From: Candidatus Harpocratesius repetitus
Lineage (GTDB): Archaea; Asgardarchaeota; Lokiarchaeia; Sigyniarchaeales; Promethearchaeaceae
Direction of reading: 5' to 3'
Assembly (NCBI GenBank): GCA_021498095.1
Contig: JAIZWK010000001.1
Span: 3,660,001 to 3,692,000 of the forward strand
Length of the DNA stretch: 32,000 nt
Shown: one piece after another, positions 18,629-27,240 of the stretch
How the letters are laid out: each line of letters opens with the position of its first letter
Numbering within the stretch: position 1 is the stretch's first letter
The notes under the pieces: generated by a model
The model's input: the letters and a program-made list of their open reading frames with translations, nothing else
The model's database searches: none
What the model was told of the DNA's origin: nothing
Translations under genes and position numbers: made by a program

Positions 18629-20046
18629 TATTTTTCATCACTTCCATTTTTCGATTTTTCAGATATGTTTGAATTAACTTGAGCGCGCATTTCACGATAT
18701 ATATCCATATAATCTGTAGAAACTTGCCGATACGGTTGAATAAATTCCAAAAAGGTTTTAGCTTCTTCTACTTCATCAATAGAACCATTTTCAACACCTT
18801 TAAACCACTTTGTGTGAACAGCATTGGTAATAAATCCCCCGCCCATAATTACAGATTGCATCATTTCCACAATTTCTTCATCGGGTTTGCTAAGAATGGA
18901 TTTTTTATTCTCTTCACCAACATACATAAAACCTTGAAGGAATAAGTTCTCTTGAATCATATCTTCATAAAATTCACTTAAAGCAGACTGGGAAACATCT
19001 CCTTTTTTAATGCAAGCTGCAGCAGTTTTAGCCGCATAAATACCGGTTAAAAATGCTTCGGGCATTCCTTCTCCCAGAAAGGGAATTACAAATCCTCCCG
19101 CTTCACCAGTAAGGATTAAACCATTCTTGGTTTTTTGTTCAATTTTATTATCATATTCTAAATGCACACCCCATGATTCGATTTTCCCACCTTCAAGTTT
19201 TTTCTGAATAATTGGAAGATTCATAAAATTACGCATATACTGTTCAACTGTTGGAAATTCATCATTAATTAACTCTTGAGTCATGTAACCCCCAGTTCCT
19301 AAAGTAACTGTATCCTTTTTGGGAAAAATCCAGGGCCAAGTTTTATATTGAGTACCAGGAGCTAAATAATATTCAATACAGCAACCACCTTGTTCATCCT
19401 TGAACCGTTCATTAATAATTTCTTCACCCAAATGTACAGCAGCGGTGATATACAAGATCATATTTTTACCAGAGCGTTTTGGAATTAATCCTGCTTTTCT
19501 TCCAACAATTGAATTCACTCCTCCACCATCAATAACAACATGGCACATCAACTTTTCTCCAGATTCAAGAATAACTCCTCTTATGGTATTATTTTCTTGA
19601 ATTATATCCACTACAGCAGTTCCTAAACGAATTTCTGCCCCAGCTTGTCTTGCTTGTTCTGTATGCCACTTATCGAATTCATCACGACGGATAGAAAGCA
19701 ATAGAACGCCTTCTTTGGGCATTTCAGTAAAAATTGTTGTTCTATCTTCACTAATATGATAAGTTCGCATCGAATGAATTTCCCGCTCAATCGGACATTT
19801 CATTATATAGTGTAAATCAGTATCTCCAAGCGCAGCCATATTCAAACATGTTCCAGAAACATTCTTTGCACCAGGATCAAGAGCTTTTTCAATTAATAAT
19901 GTTTTTAAACCTAATTCTGCACATTTTTTTGCAGCCGCTGGTCCAGCACAACCTGCTCCAACAACAATTACATCATATTCAACATCAGATTTCATAAAGT
20001 TCATTAGATCTTCAGAAATATTCCTTATGAAGATTGTCTTCTTCAT
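18628..20046 (-). CDS. FAD-dependent oxidoreductase, FixC / geranylgeranyl-reductase superfamily
   Basis: Motifs DVIVVGAGCAG, PGAKNVSG (FixC-like), RRDEFDKW, DGGGVNS, WPWIFPK and GEAGGFV.PFLGEGM. Confidence 0.88.
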   Translation of the reverse strand: MKKTIFIRNISEDLMNFMKSDVEYDVIVVGAGCAGPAAAKKCAELGLKTLLIEKALDPGAKNVSGTCLNMAALGDTDLHYIMKCPIEREIHSMRTYHISEDRTTIFTEMPKEGVLLLSIRRDEFDKWHTEQARQAGAEIRLGTAVVDIIQENNTIRGVILESGEKLMCHVVIDGGGVNSIVGRKAGLIPKRSGKNMILYITAAVHLGEEIINERFKDEQGGCCIEYYLAPGTQYKTWPWIFPKKDTVTLGTGGYMTQELINDEFPTVEQYMRNFMNLPIIQKKLEGGKIESWGVHLEYDNKIEQKTKNGLILTGEAGGFVIPFLGEGMPEAFLTGIYAAKTAAACIKKGDVSQSALSEFYEDMIQENLFLQGFMYVGEENKKSILSKPDEEIVEMMQSVIMGGGFITNAVHTKWFKGVENGSIDEVEEAKTFLEFIQPYRQVSTDYMDIYREMRAQVNSNISEKSKNGSDEK

Positions 20047-20217
20047 ATCTCTATATACTTAATAAAGTTATTCAATATGTGGTCAATATATAGAGATTTA
20101 AGAATATAAACTTATCAACACTATAATTCTTTTTTTTTTACAATAAATAAAGCGAAAAATGATAAAAAAAATAAAATTAAGAAAGATTTGAAAAAAGGAT
20201 ATTTATTTTATTTTAAT

Positions 20218-20520
20218 TTATCCAAAAAGAGCACCAAGACCTGCTGGTTCTTCTGGTTTCTCTTCTTTCTTCTCTTCTTTCTTTTCTTCTTTCTTTTCTG
20301 CTGCTGGAGCAGCACCCGCTGCTGGAGCAGCCATTACTGGAGCCGCAGAAGCACTGGCAATTAATTCGTCAATGTCTTTTCCTTCTAATCCTGCCACAAG
20401 GGCCTTAATTTGATTTTTATCAGGAGTGACATTTGCAGCTTTTAACACTTTTTCGATGCTTGCTTCATCAATTGTTTTTTCAGCTTTGTGAAGCAATAAT
20501 GCAGCGTATACAGATTCCAT
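20218..20520 (-). CDS. rpl12: 50S ribosomal protein P1 (archaeal L12)
   Basis: [14 protein letters not shown]-terminus, Ala-rich hinge and [11 protein letters not shown] tail. AGGAG SD-like site upstream. Confidence 0.97.
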   Translation of the reverse strand: MESVYAALLLHKAEKTIDEASIEKVLKAANVTPDKNQIKALVAGLEGKDIDELIASASAAPVMAAPAAGAAPAAEKKEEKKEEKKEEKPEEPAGLGALFG

Positions 20521-20607
20521 TTTTATTTCTCCTATATATATTAGTTTATTAGTTTTGATTAAAAAATTTGAGTTTTTTAAAATTTGGATTAAATTATTGA
20601 ATTATAA

Positions 20608-21570
20608 TTATCCAAACAACGCTCCTAATCCTGCAGGTTCATCTTTTTCTTCCTCTTTAGGTTCTTCTTTTTTGGAAGATTCAGTTTCAGATGCTGCGGG
20701 CTGGGCAATTTCAATACCAAATGCAGCAGCATTGACAACAGATGCTTGTCGAATAGCTTTCTGCACGTATTGCTCGAGTAAATCGGGTATGATAATTGGC
20801 AATTCTAATGCTAAACCAATAGCATTTCTTGCTGCTTTTTGTATCAATGGAGTAATTGTTTCATCAGTAATCATACCCAAACTTAACGCCAAATTCAAAG
20901 CTTGTGAAGCAGCCAACCGCACATTTCCCATGATTTCTTCTTCATCAAGGTGTAATACTTCTTCAGGAATAATTTCACCTTCTTCCCATGCAGAATAGAA
21001 ATCTAATTTAATTGTCATTGGTTCTAATCCAAGACGTGCAAGGAGTTGTGCCTGCTTTTCATTAATTATATCCCCTTTATGATGAGTAACAGTATCAGAT
21101 CGAACATGAATAGTTCCATTTTTAATCATGGTTGGAACTTTTAAGAATTGATTTAATTCAGAAATAATTGGTCCAGGTGCAATTTTTGTATCTCCAGCTT
21201 TCACTGTAATATCTCCAGGAGCGATATCACCTGGTTTTGCTGGACCTTTTACTGCTTTCGATTCCAAATATTGAGCTAATTTTATAGGATTCATATTTGT
21301 AAAAAGTAAAGCAGTAATTCCTTGAATCTGATCTGCTAACTCAACCAGATTTTCTTTTCCAGATTCGGCAAAAGCACGGCGAAGCAATTTTTTCTTCGAA
21401 ACTGTAATTACAACATCTCCTCTTAACGAATCCCGCAAATTATGTAATGCTTTAGCAGGTACTTTTTCAATACGAGCCAACCCGATAGCATTAAACTCAT
21501 CGATTAACTTTCGGATACGCACAACTTCTTGAATTTTTGCAGGAGAGATTTTATGATCTTTAACTACCAT
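20608..21570 (-). CDS. rpl10: 50S ribosomal protein L10 (P0/uL10)
   Basis: uL10 core, PGDIAP.DI.V.AGDT...PGPII domain II, stalk helices and PAGLGALFG tail. Confidence 0.97.
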   Translation of the reverse strand: MVVKDHKISPAKIQEVVRIRKLIDEFNAIGLARIEKVPAKALHNLRDSLRGDVVITVSKKKLLRRAFAESGKENLVELADQIQGITALLFTNMNPIKLAQYLESKAVKGPAKPGDIAPGDITVKAGDTKIAPGPIISELNQFLKVPTMIKNGTIHVRSDTVTHHKGDIINEKQAQLLARLGLEPMTIKLDFYSAWEEGEIIPEEVLHLDEEEIMGNVRLAASQALNLALSLGMITDETITPLIQKAARNAIGLALELPIIIPDLLEQYVQKAIRQASVVNAAAFGIEIAQPAASETESSKKEEPKEEEKDEPAGLGALFG

Positions 21571-21577
21571 TTATTGC

Positions 21578-22306
21578 TCACCTTCTGCCTCCTTTCTGTG
21601 CTTCCTTAACCATTATTGGCTTTCCCATTGTTGTTTTTAAATAAATAGAACGAACATTATTATTTCCAACTGGTAATTGCCCTTCGATAAAATTAAGCAC
21701 AGATTTGATGTTATCCATCAATTCATCTTTTGATTGGGATTTCTTACCTACTTTTAGTTGCATCAAAAGTTGCTTTTTCATTGATATTTTCACGATGCGA
21801 TTCAATAAGGGTAAATAATTGCCCAAATCTTCATTTGGTCGAATCACACCAAAACCTTTGGGTTGGGGTCGAGGCATCTTTCCTTGTTGACCTAAAAAGC
21901 GAGCTAATACTCTAGCCAAATCGCGCATTAAATCGGCTCGAGCAACAAAATACTTAAATTTTTTAGCCACCTCTTTCTTTTCTTTTTTCGATTTCTTTTG
22001 TAATTCATTTAAATCGTTTTGGTTCAACACATGATAACCAGATTCCTTTAAATCCAACTCCATCTGATCTTTTACAATGAAGCAAACTTCATCTTTGGTC
22101 AAATTATTCGGGATAGGATGAGGTAATAAGATTTCATTATCAATTCGATTATTAGGGTTTTTAATATCAACATCGCGTATATTTATAATCAAATCAACAC
22201 TTTCATCAAATTTTCGAATTTTGTCAGGTTTACCATCCTTTTTAATGACCGAATTCTCAAGGGCCAATTCCAAGGCTTTTTGAACTTCTTTTTCACTAAT
22301 ATTCAT
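21578..22306 (-). CDS. rpl1: 50S ribosomal protein L1 (uL1)
   Basis: Motifs RKFDESVDLIINI, LARFLGQQGKMP and IYLKTTMG, and operon position. Confidence 0.96.
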   Translation of the reverse strand: MNISEKEVQKALELALENSVIKKDGKPDKIRKFDESVDLIINIRDVDIKNPNNRIDNEILLPHPIPNNLTKDEVCFIVKDQMELDLKESGYHVLNQNDLNELQKKSKKEKKEVAKKFKYFVARADLMRDLARVLARFLGQQGKMPRPQPKGFGVIRPNEDLGNYLPLLNRIVKISMKKQLLMQLKVGKKSQSKDELMDNIKSVLNFIEGQLPVGNNNVRSIYLKTTMGKPIMVKEAQKGGRR

Positions 22307-22310
22307 ATCT

Positions 22311-22808
22311 TTAAGCCTCCTCCGCCTTTATTTGGTCATCATAGGCACCTGCATCGATTTCCTTTAAAACATCCCGAGCAGTTTTCCCATCTATCTTAAT
22401 GCCACAAGAGTAAGCAGTCCCAATAATTGTTTTTGCTCGACTTTTCATATCTAAAGCATTTAAAGAATCTTCTTTCATTCGCGCAATTTTTAAAATAGCG
22501 CTGAAAGGTAAATCCCCTACGAAATTGGTGGTTGGTTCACCTGAACCCTTAGCGATGCCTAATTCTTTAAGTAAGAGTGCTGAAGCCATGGGCGTGCTAA
22601 CTTTAATTTCGAAACTTTTATCAACTGGATTCACCAAAATCGTGATTGGAACTTTAAGACCTTTAAAATCTTTAGTTTTTTCGTTGATTGCATCGACCAC
22701 GTCTTTAATAGGAACTCCAGTTGGACCAACAGCTGGACCAATAGGAGGACCTCCAGAAGCTTTTCCACCTTCAACGAGAGCCGAGACTTCAATCAATTTA
22801 TCTGCCAT
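22311..22808 (-). CDS. rpl11: 50S ribosomal protein L11 (uL11)
   Basis: VEGGKASGGPPIGPAVGP and IIGTAYSCGI. An in-frame TGA three codons upstream of the ATG fixes the start. Confidence 0.97.
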   Translation of the reverse strand: MADKLIEVSALVEGGKASGGPPIGPAVGPTGVPIKDVVDAINEKTKDFKGLKVPITILVNPVDKSFEIKVSTPMASALLLKELGIAKGSGEPTTNFVGDLPFSAILKIARMKEDSLNALDMKSRAKTIIGTAYSCGIKIDGKTARDVLKEIDAGAYDDQIKAEEA

Positions 22809-23035
22809 TGTGGGTCACGTTTGTTGTCAAACATGCTATCTCTTAGGAAGCAGATTAAAACGCAGAATAATTGATCTATCTAGTGTATGTGCAACTGCCA
22901 GTTTTCTTCTTTAAAGGGTTGAATTCTGTAAATTGCGAAATATTCGATAGATCTGCTGGTGATACTTTACTACAATGCGAGGAGTAATGAACAGAGCGTT
23001 CTCATCCACGGAAATGAGAGTAAAGCCGCACAATG
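22806..23035 (-). ncRNA. Putative structured cis-regulatory 5' leader RNA of the rpl11-rpl1-rpl10-rpl12 operon
   Basis: No convincing ORF in the minus-strand frames, about 40% GC by hand count against about 15-25% in other spacers, and five or more nested helices. The outer helix pairs over the rpl11 AUG. Confidence 0.6.
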
Positions 23036-23166
23036 TACGCGTCCTAATCTACAATAATTTCCATAAGAGATTAGTAAGATTTGAAAAGTGGGATAAAATT
23101 AAAAATTTGCGGTTAATCTATGAAAAGTGTTGATAAGTTCCTAAAAATTCTAAAATTTTAAGTAAA

Positions 23167-25758
23167 ATGAATTGCATTTTAACTCTAATGGTGCTCCATT
23201 CTCCAGATAAATTAATCAATCAGCATTGGATTAAAAATAATTTGGGACTTAAAGGAGAATGGGGTCAAAAATTATATAGACTTTTCTTCACAAATATTCA
23301 AAATCAGATTAGTGTAAAAATAGAAAAATCTTCTTTCAATCTTTGGAAAAACGAATTATGTAATCTTTATCCCATGAAAGAACTAACAATTGAATTATAT
23401 GCAAAACATTGTTTACTATTTTCGATATTATTTACATTTCTTGAACATGCACTTAATAATATGAATAAAAGCAAAGATCCAAAGGCAGAAATACCACATT
23501 ATTTTGATTATTTTGATTATTTTGAATGGATTGTCAAAAATCATCAAATTATTAAAGAACTTGCAGATCTTAAAGATATATTGACAAGATATCAAGTAGA
23601 ATCAGAAGATCTTTTTGCTGGAATCTATCAAGAATTAATTTTTAATTCAACCCGCCATATTCAAGGCGAATTTTATACTGATGAAGTTTTATGCGAGCAA
23701 ATGGTCGAATCATCATATAAAATGGGGATGAAAGTCTTAGATCCAACTTGTGGTTCTGGAACTTTCCTTCTGATAATTGCTCGAAAAATTTTGAAATCAT
23801 CAGTATCTTTTGAAGAGAAAGTACATTTCTTATCAAGTTTATACGGAATAGATCAGAATCCATTAGCATATTTGATGACACGAGTGAATTTGATGCTACT
23901 TGCATCTTCTTACGGAATTTATCAAGATATTTTCAATATATTTCATAAAGACAGTTTAGAAATTCATCCTAAAGATTTAAATAAACCATATTCAACCATC
24001 TCCCAGAGATCGTCGAATGTGCCAATAAAACAGCCAAAAAAAGAGCAGAATTTATTTGATTTATGGGATTTAATTATCGGTAATCCACCTTGGTTGGTGT
24101 TAAATGGCATACCTTCGAAAGAAAAACAATTGCAGATAAAAAAGCTTGGGAACGATTTAAACATCTTGTTAGGCGGAAGATTTGCCACCAGTACTGAAAT
24201 TACTACGATATTTTGGCAGAAAATGGTTAATGAATTTTTAAAACCCGGAGGTATCATTCATTTTGTTGTCCCTGCCAGTTTAGCTACAGGAAGTCAGCAT
24301 GCTCGATTTCGACAATTTTTAGGAGTTGAGAAGATTGAAATTTGGGATTTTACAGTGGATTTTTTCCGAATTCATAATATCTGTTTAAAGGCGCAAAAAT
24401 CACTTCATCCTTTGAATAAATTGATCAAAAAAACACATTGGATTAAATTTAGCTTTGATGAAGAACACAATTGTTTGAAAAAGATTTCAGAAGAAGATTA
24501 TCTTCCGATTATGATCGAATTTAAGAATAAATCGAATAAATCAAATAAATCTTTGCACGATACAAAGGATAATTCTTCTTATAGAACGTTACAAAAATGG
24601 ACCAAAAAAAAGCTGAATTCTGGACTCAGTTCGATTTCTAATGTAAATAATCAGGGATTTCATTCTTCTATCTTAGTTGGAAGGTTAATTTCCGAAAAAC
24701 AGTTGATATCCCTTTTCGGAAGACCTACACCACTTCAAATCTCCGAAAATCAACATTCTCCCTATAAGGTTCTTTTTCGACAAGGAGCATCACTAGTTCC
24801 GCGAAATCTTTTATTTGTTGAAATTAATGGAACTCAAATACAGCCTAATGTTGAAACTAATCCCCATTCAGTTTTTCTGGAGAAACATAAACATATTCCA
24901 TATACTATTTATCCAAACAAAGAAGCAGAAAATTCGAAGATTATCGAGATTTCGCCTGCGACATCAATTCAATCCAAAAAAGATAGTACGTGGAACTTTA
25001 ATGCATATACTTCAGTTCGTATTGAGAGTAAATATTTATTTCCAGTTGCAAAAAGCACAGGTTTGTTATCATTTTGCTATTTTCAACCTTATATGGCAGC
25101 ATTACCTATAGAGATATCAAGTAACTCAAAAGCTCATATCTTTTCTCAAGTGAGAATCCCAGATCAACCTTTAGCACGTAAGCATTTTACTCATTTAAGC
25201 AAAATATATACTCAAAATTTAAAATCAGGAGCAAAAATAACAGATTTATTTTCTCGATTAGATTATGGTCATGCTTTATCAGATCCAAAGCAGCTACAAC
25301 AACCAAAGATAGTATTTGCAGGGATCGGCAGTAATGTTAAGGCCGCCATTCTTCACAAGCCCGCTATTATCGATACTTCTCTTTATTTCTATATTCCTTC
25401 TTCAATAGATGAAGCTTACTACCTTATTGGGATTTTAAATTCAGATTTTATCATATCATTCGTACGATTATCGGGAAGCACCGGTGCAAATGGGAGTCTA
25501 CGAAATATACATAAAGCACCATTTAAGTTGCCAATCCCTATCTATAACTCTAACAATGATATTCATCGCCAAATTTCAGAAAAAGCGCGGAATATTGAAA
25601 AGAGCGTTTACTATTTTTTAGATGACACATTAAAAGCTGCACCTGAATTAAAAAATAAAATTAAAACATTACAAATACGTTTAATTAATAATCCTCATTA
25701 TCGACAACAAATAATGGATTTGACCCATTTTGTTCAAAAAGTATTAAATCTGCCTTAA
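23167..25758 (+). CDS. N6-adenine DNA methyltransferase with C-terminal target-recognition region (type IIG-like, no apparent nuclease domain)
   Basis: GEFYT, motif I VLDPTCGSGTFL, GIDQNPLA and motif IV IIGNPPW in gamma order. C-terminal YYLIGILNS...HKAPFKLPIP is TRD-like. Confidence 0.85.
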   Translation: MNCILTLMVLHSPDKLINQHWIKNNLGLKGEWGQKLYRLFFTNIQNQISVKIEKSSFNLWKNELCNLYPMKELTIELYAKHCLLFSILFTFLEHALNNMNKSKDPKAEIPHYFDYFDYFEWIVKNHQIIKELADLKDILTRYQVESEDLFAGIYQELIFNSTRHIQGEFYTDEVLCEQMVESSYKMGMKVLDPTCGSGTFLLIIARKILKSSVSFEEKVHFLSSLYGIDQNPLAYLMTRVNLMLLASSYGIYQDIFNIFHKDSLEIHPKDLNKPYSTISQRSSNVPIKQPKKEQNLFDLWDLIIGNPPWLVLNGIPSKEKQLQIKKLGNDLNILLGGRFATSTEITTIFWQKMVNEFLKPGGIIHFVVPASLATGSQHARFRQFLGVEKIEIWDFTVDFFRIHNICLKAQKSLHPLNKLIKKTHWIKFSFDEEHNCLKKISEEDYLPIMIEFKNKSNKSNKSLHDTKDNSSYRTLQKWTKKKLNSGLSSISNVNNQGFHSSILVGRLISEKQLISLFGRPTPLQISENQHSPYKVLFRQGASLVPRNLLFVEINGTQIQPNVETNPHSVFLEKHKHIPYTIYPNKEAENSKIIEISPATSIQSKKDSTWNFNAYTSVRIESKYLFPVAKSTGLLSFCYFQPYMAALPIEISSNSKAHIFSQVRIPDQPLARKHFTHLSKIYTQNLKSGAKITDLFSRLDYGHALSDPKQLQQPKIVFAGIGSNVKAAILHKPAIIDTSLYFYIPSSIDEAYYLIGILNSDFIISFVRLSGSTGANGSLRNIHKAPFKLPIPIYNSNNDIHRQISEKARNIEKSVYYFLDDTLKAAPELKNKIKTLQIRLINNPHYRQQIMDLTHFVQKVLNLP

Positions 25759-25856
25759 AAAGAAGAATTGCAGTAATAACAGAACCGATTAATCAAATTG
25801 AATTAATTTCAGATAAATCGAGTGGTTAATTCAAGTTGCAAAAAATAGGATAAGAT

Positions 25857-27014
25857 TTATGGACTACAAACATCTTTATAATGGGCAGGAGGGTATTGTA
25901 AATTCCGTCCTCGTACCCATTCATGAGTACGCCCTATTAATATGGTACGATTTCGCACAATTTGGCGCAATTCTTTAATATTTCGCACACCCAATAAACT
26001 CATAGTAATTTTCATTTGTGTAATAATTTTCAAAAACCAATTTTTAAGATTCTCTTCATCCGGATATCCAAAATCTTCCATAATTTCAATCAAAACAGGA
26101 TAAGCAAAACTAACCAAATCAGCCCCTAATGCTAAGGCTTTGACAGCTTCTCGGCCATTTCTAATTCCACCCCCAACAATCAAGGGAATTTCCCGATTCT
26201 CAGGTCGCAATGATATATCTAAAAGACTCCAAACTGTTGGAATTCCCCAAAAATCAAAAGGACGCTTGATTGGGGGATAAGTTTGTTTTTGAGAAGTTGA
26301 TAAATCCTTCACGGTTTCAATTCGAGCAATTGAAGTACCACCAACACCTTGAATATTAATACCAGCTACACCCGCATCCCACAATGGTCTGATATCTTCA
26401 TTACTCAGACCTGTGGTAAAGCTTTTTATAAATACAGGGACATGGAGTTGATATGTAAGATTATGAATTCGTTCAATTAATCCTTGATAACCAGTATTTC
26501 GAGGATCGACTAATATATCTAAAAGAGGAGATACCCAAATTTCAACACCATCTGCTTTAATAAAATCAACAATTTTTTGAACATCCTTCACATAATCTTT
26601 ACTTTCGAGAATAACAGTTCCTGAAATATTTGCTAAAACCAGTCCATCAGGATTTTTTTCTCTAACAACTTGATAACTCTTCAATGCATCTTCATCTGCA
26701 TCATCTTGCAAAATACAGCGTTGATCCCCGACACCTTGAGCAATATTATATTTTGCGGTAAATTCTGCTATTTTTTCATTAATCGGAATGAATTTTTTAT
26801 ACCCTCCTGCAAGAGATCCAACACAAATAGGATATTTTAAATGTTTTCCCATAAAATCTATGGATAAATCAACATCATTAACTCCAATTGGAGTTAGAGC
26901 ATTGGGAATGAAATATACTTCTTTCCAATAATTTTTCCCATGGTATTGAATATCTTCTTTTAATACAGTCTCCATGGTTTTTAACTGGTAATGCAAGAAC
27001 TCTTCTGGTTTCAT
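25857..27014 (-). CDS. Divergent type-2 isopentenyl-diphosphate isomerase (Fni/IDI-2)-like FMN TIM-barrel protein
   Basis: IDI-2 scaffold (GVGDQR, AN, GVGGTS, WGIPT, GGGIRNG, KALALGAD), but the substrate-binding motifs are replaced. Confidence 0.8.
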   Translation of the reverse strand: MKPEEFLHYQLKTMETVLKEDIQYHGKNYWKEVYFIPNALTPIGVNDVDLSIDFMGKHLKYPICVGSLAGGYKKFIPINEKIAEFTAKYNIAQGVGDQRCILQDDADEDALKSYQVVREKNPDGLVLANISGTVILESKDYVKDVQKIVDFIKADGVEIWVSPLLDILVDPRNTGYQGLIERIHNLTYQLHVPVFIKSFTTGLSNEDIRPLWDAGVAGINIQGVGGTSIARIETVKDLSTSQKQTYPPIKRPFDFWGIPTVWSLLDISLRPENREIPLIVGGGIRNGREAVKALALGADLVSFAYPVLIEIMEDFGYPDEENLKNWFLKIITQMKITMSLLGVRNIKELRQIVRNRTILIGRTHEWVRGRNLQYPPAHYKDVCSP

Positions 27015-27240
27015 TTCGCATTAAGTAATTGTTCAGATCCTTTATAGATATTACTTCGATTATGTTATTTTATCATTTTATTTTGATGAAAAAATTTCTT
27101 AATTAAATATTAGTTGTATATCCCTTTTTGATTAAATGAATAAATAACCTAATAAGGAACGGAGAAAATCAATAATTAAGCGTTTAGATCAACTTGAATG
27201 TTTATTCATTATCGTTTTTTAGAATCAAAGATGAAAATAA

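Noticed and set aside
20218-20640. Repeated sequence at the ends of rpl12 and rpl10
   Set aside because: This is the normal shared C-terminal stalk tail (PAGLGALFG), not a mobile or regulatory repeat.
20555-20998. Antisense ORFs, e.g. 20555-20998, 22525-22914, 28786-29130, 29314-29631, 911-1180, 18343-18600
   Set aside because: They are shadow frames of well-supported genes with no recognisable motifs.
22255-22326. Possible L1-binding site across the rpl11-rpl1 junction (GAG-GA-GGC...GCC)
   Set aside because: GGAGGAGG is adequately explained as the SD for rpl1, and the required partner helix needs wobble or mismatch pairs over a long distance.
22806-23035. Leader region as SRP RNA or RNase P RNA
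   Set aside because: The plus strand has AGGAAGCAG, like the 4.5S helix 8, but lacks the CAGG strand and GNRA loop. There is no GAGGAAAGUCC/CGGCUUA P4 pair for RNase P, and the G-U pairs favour the minus strand.
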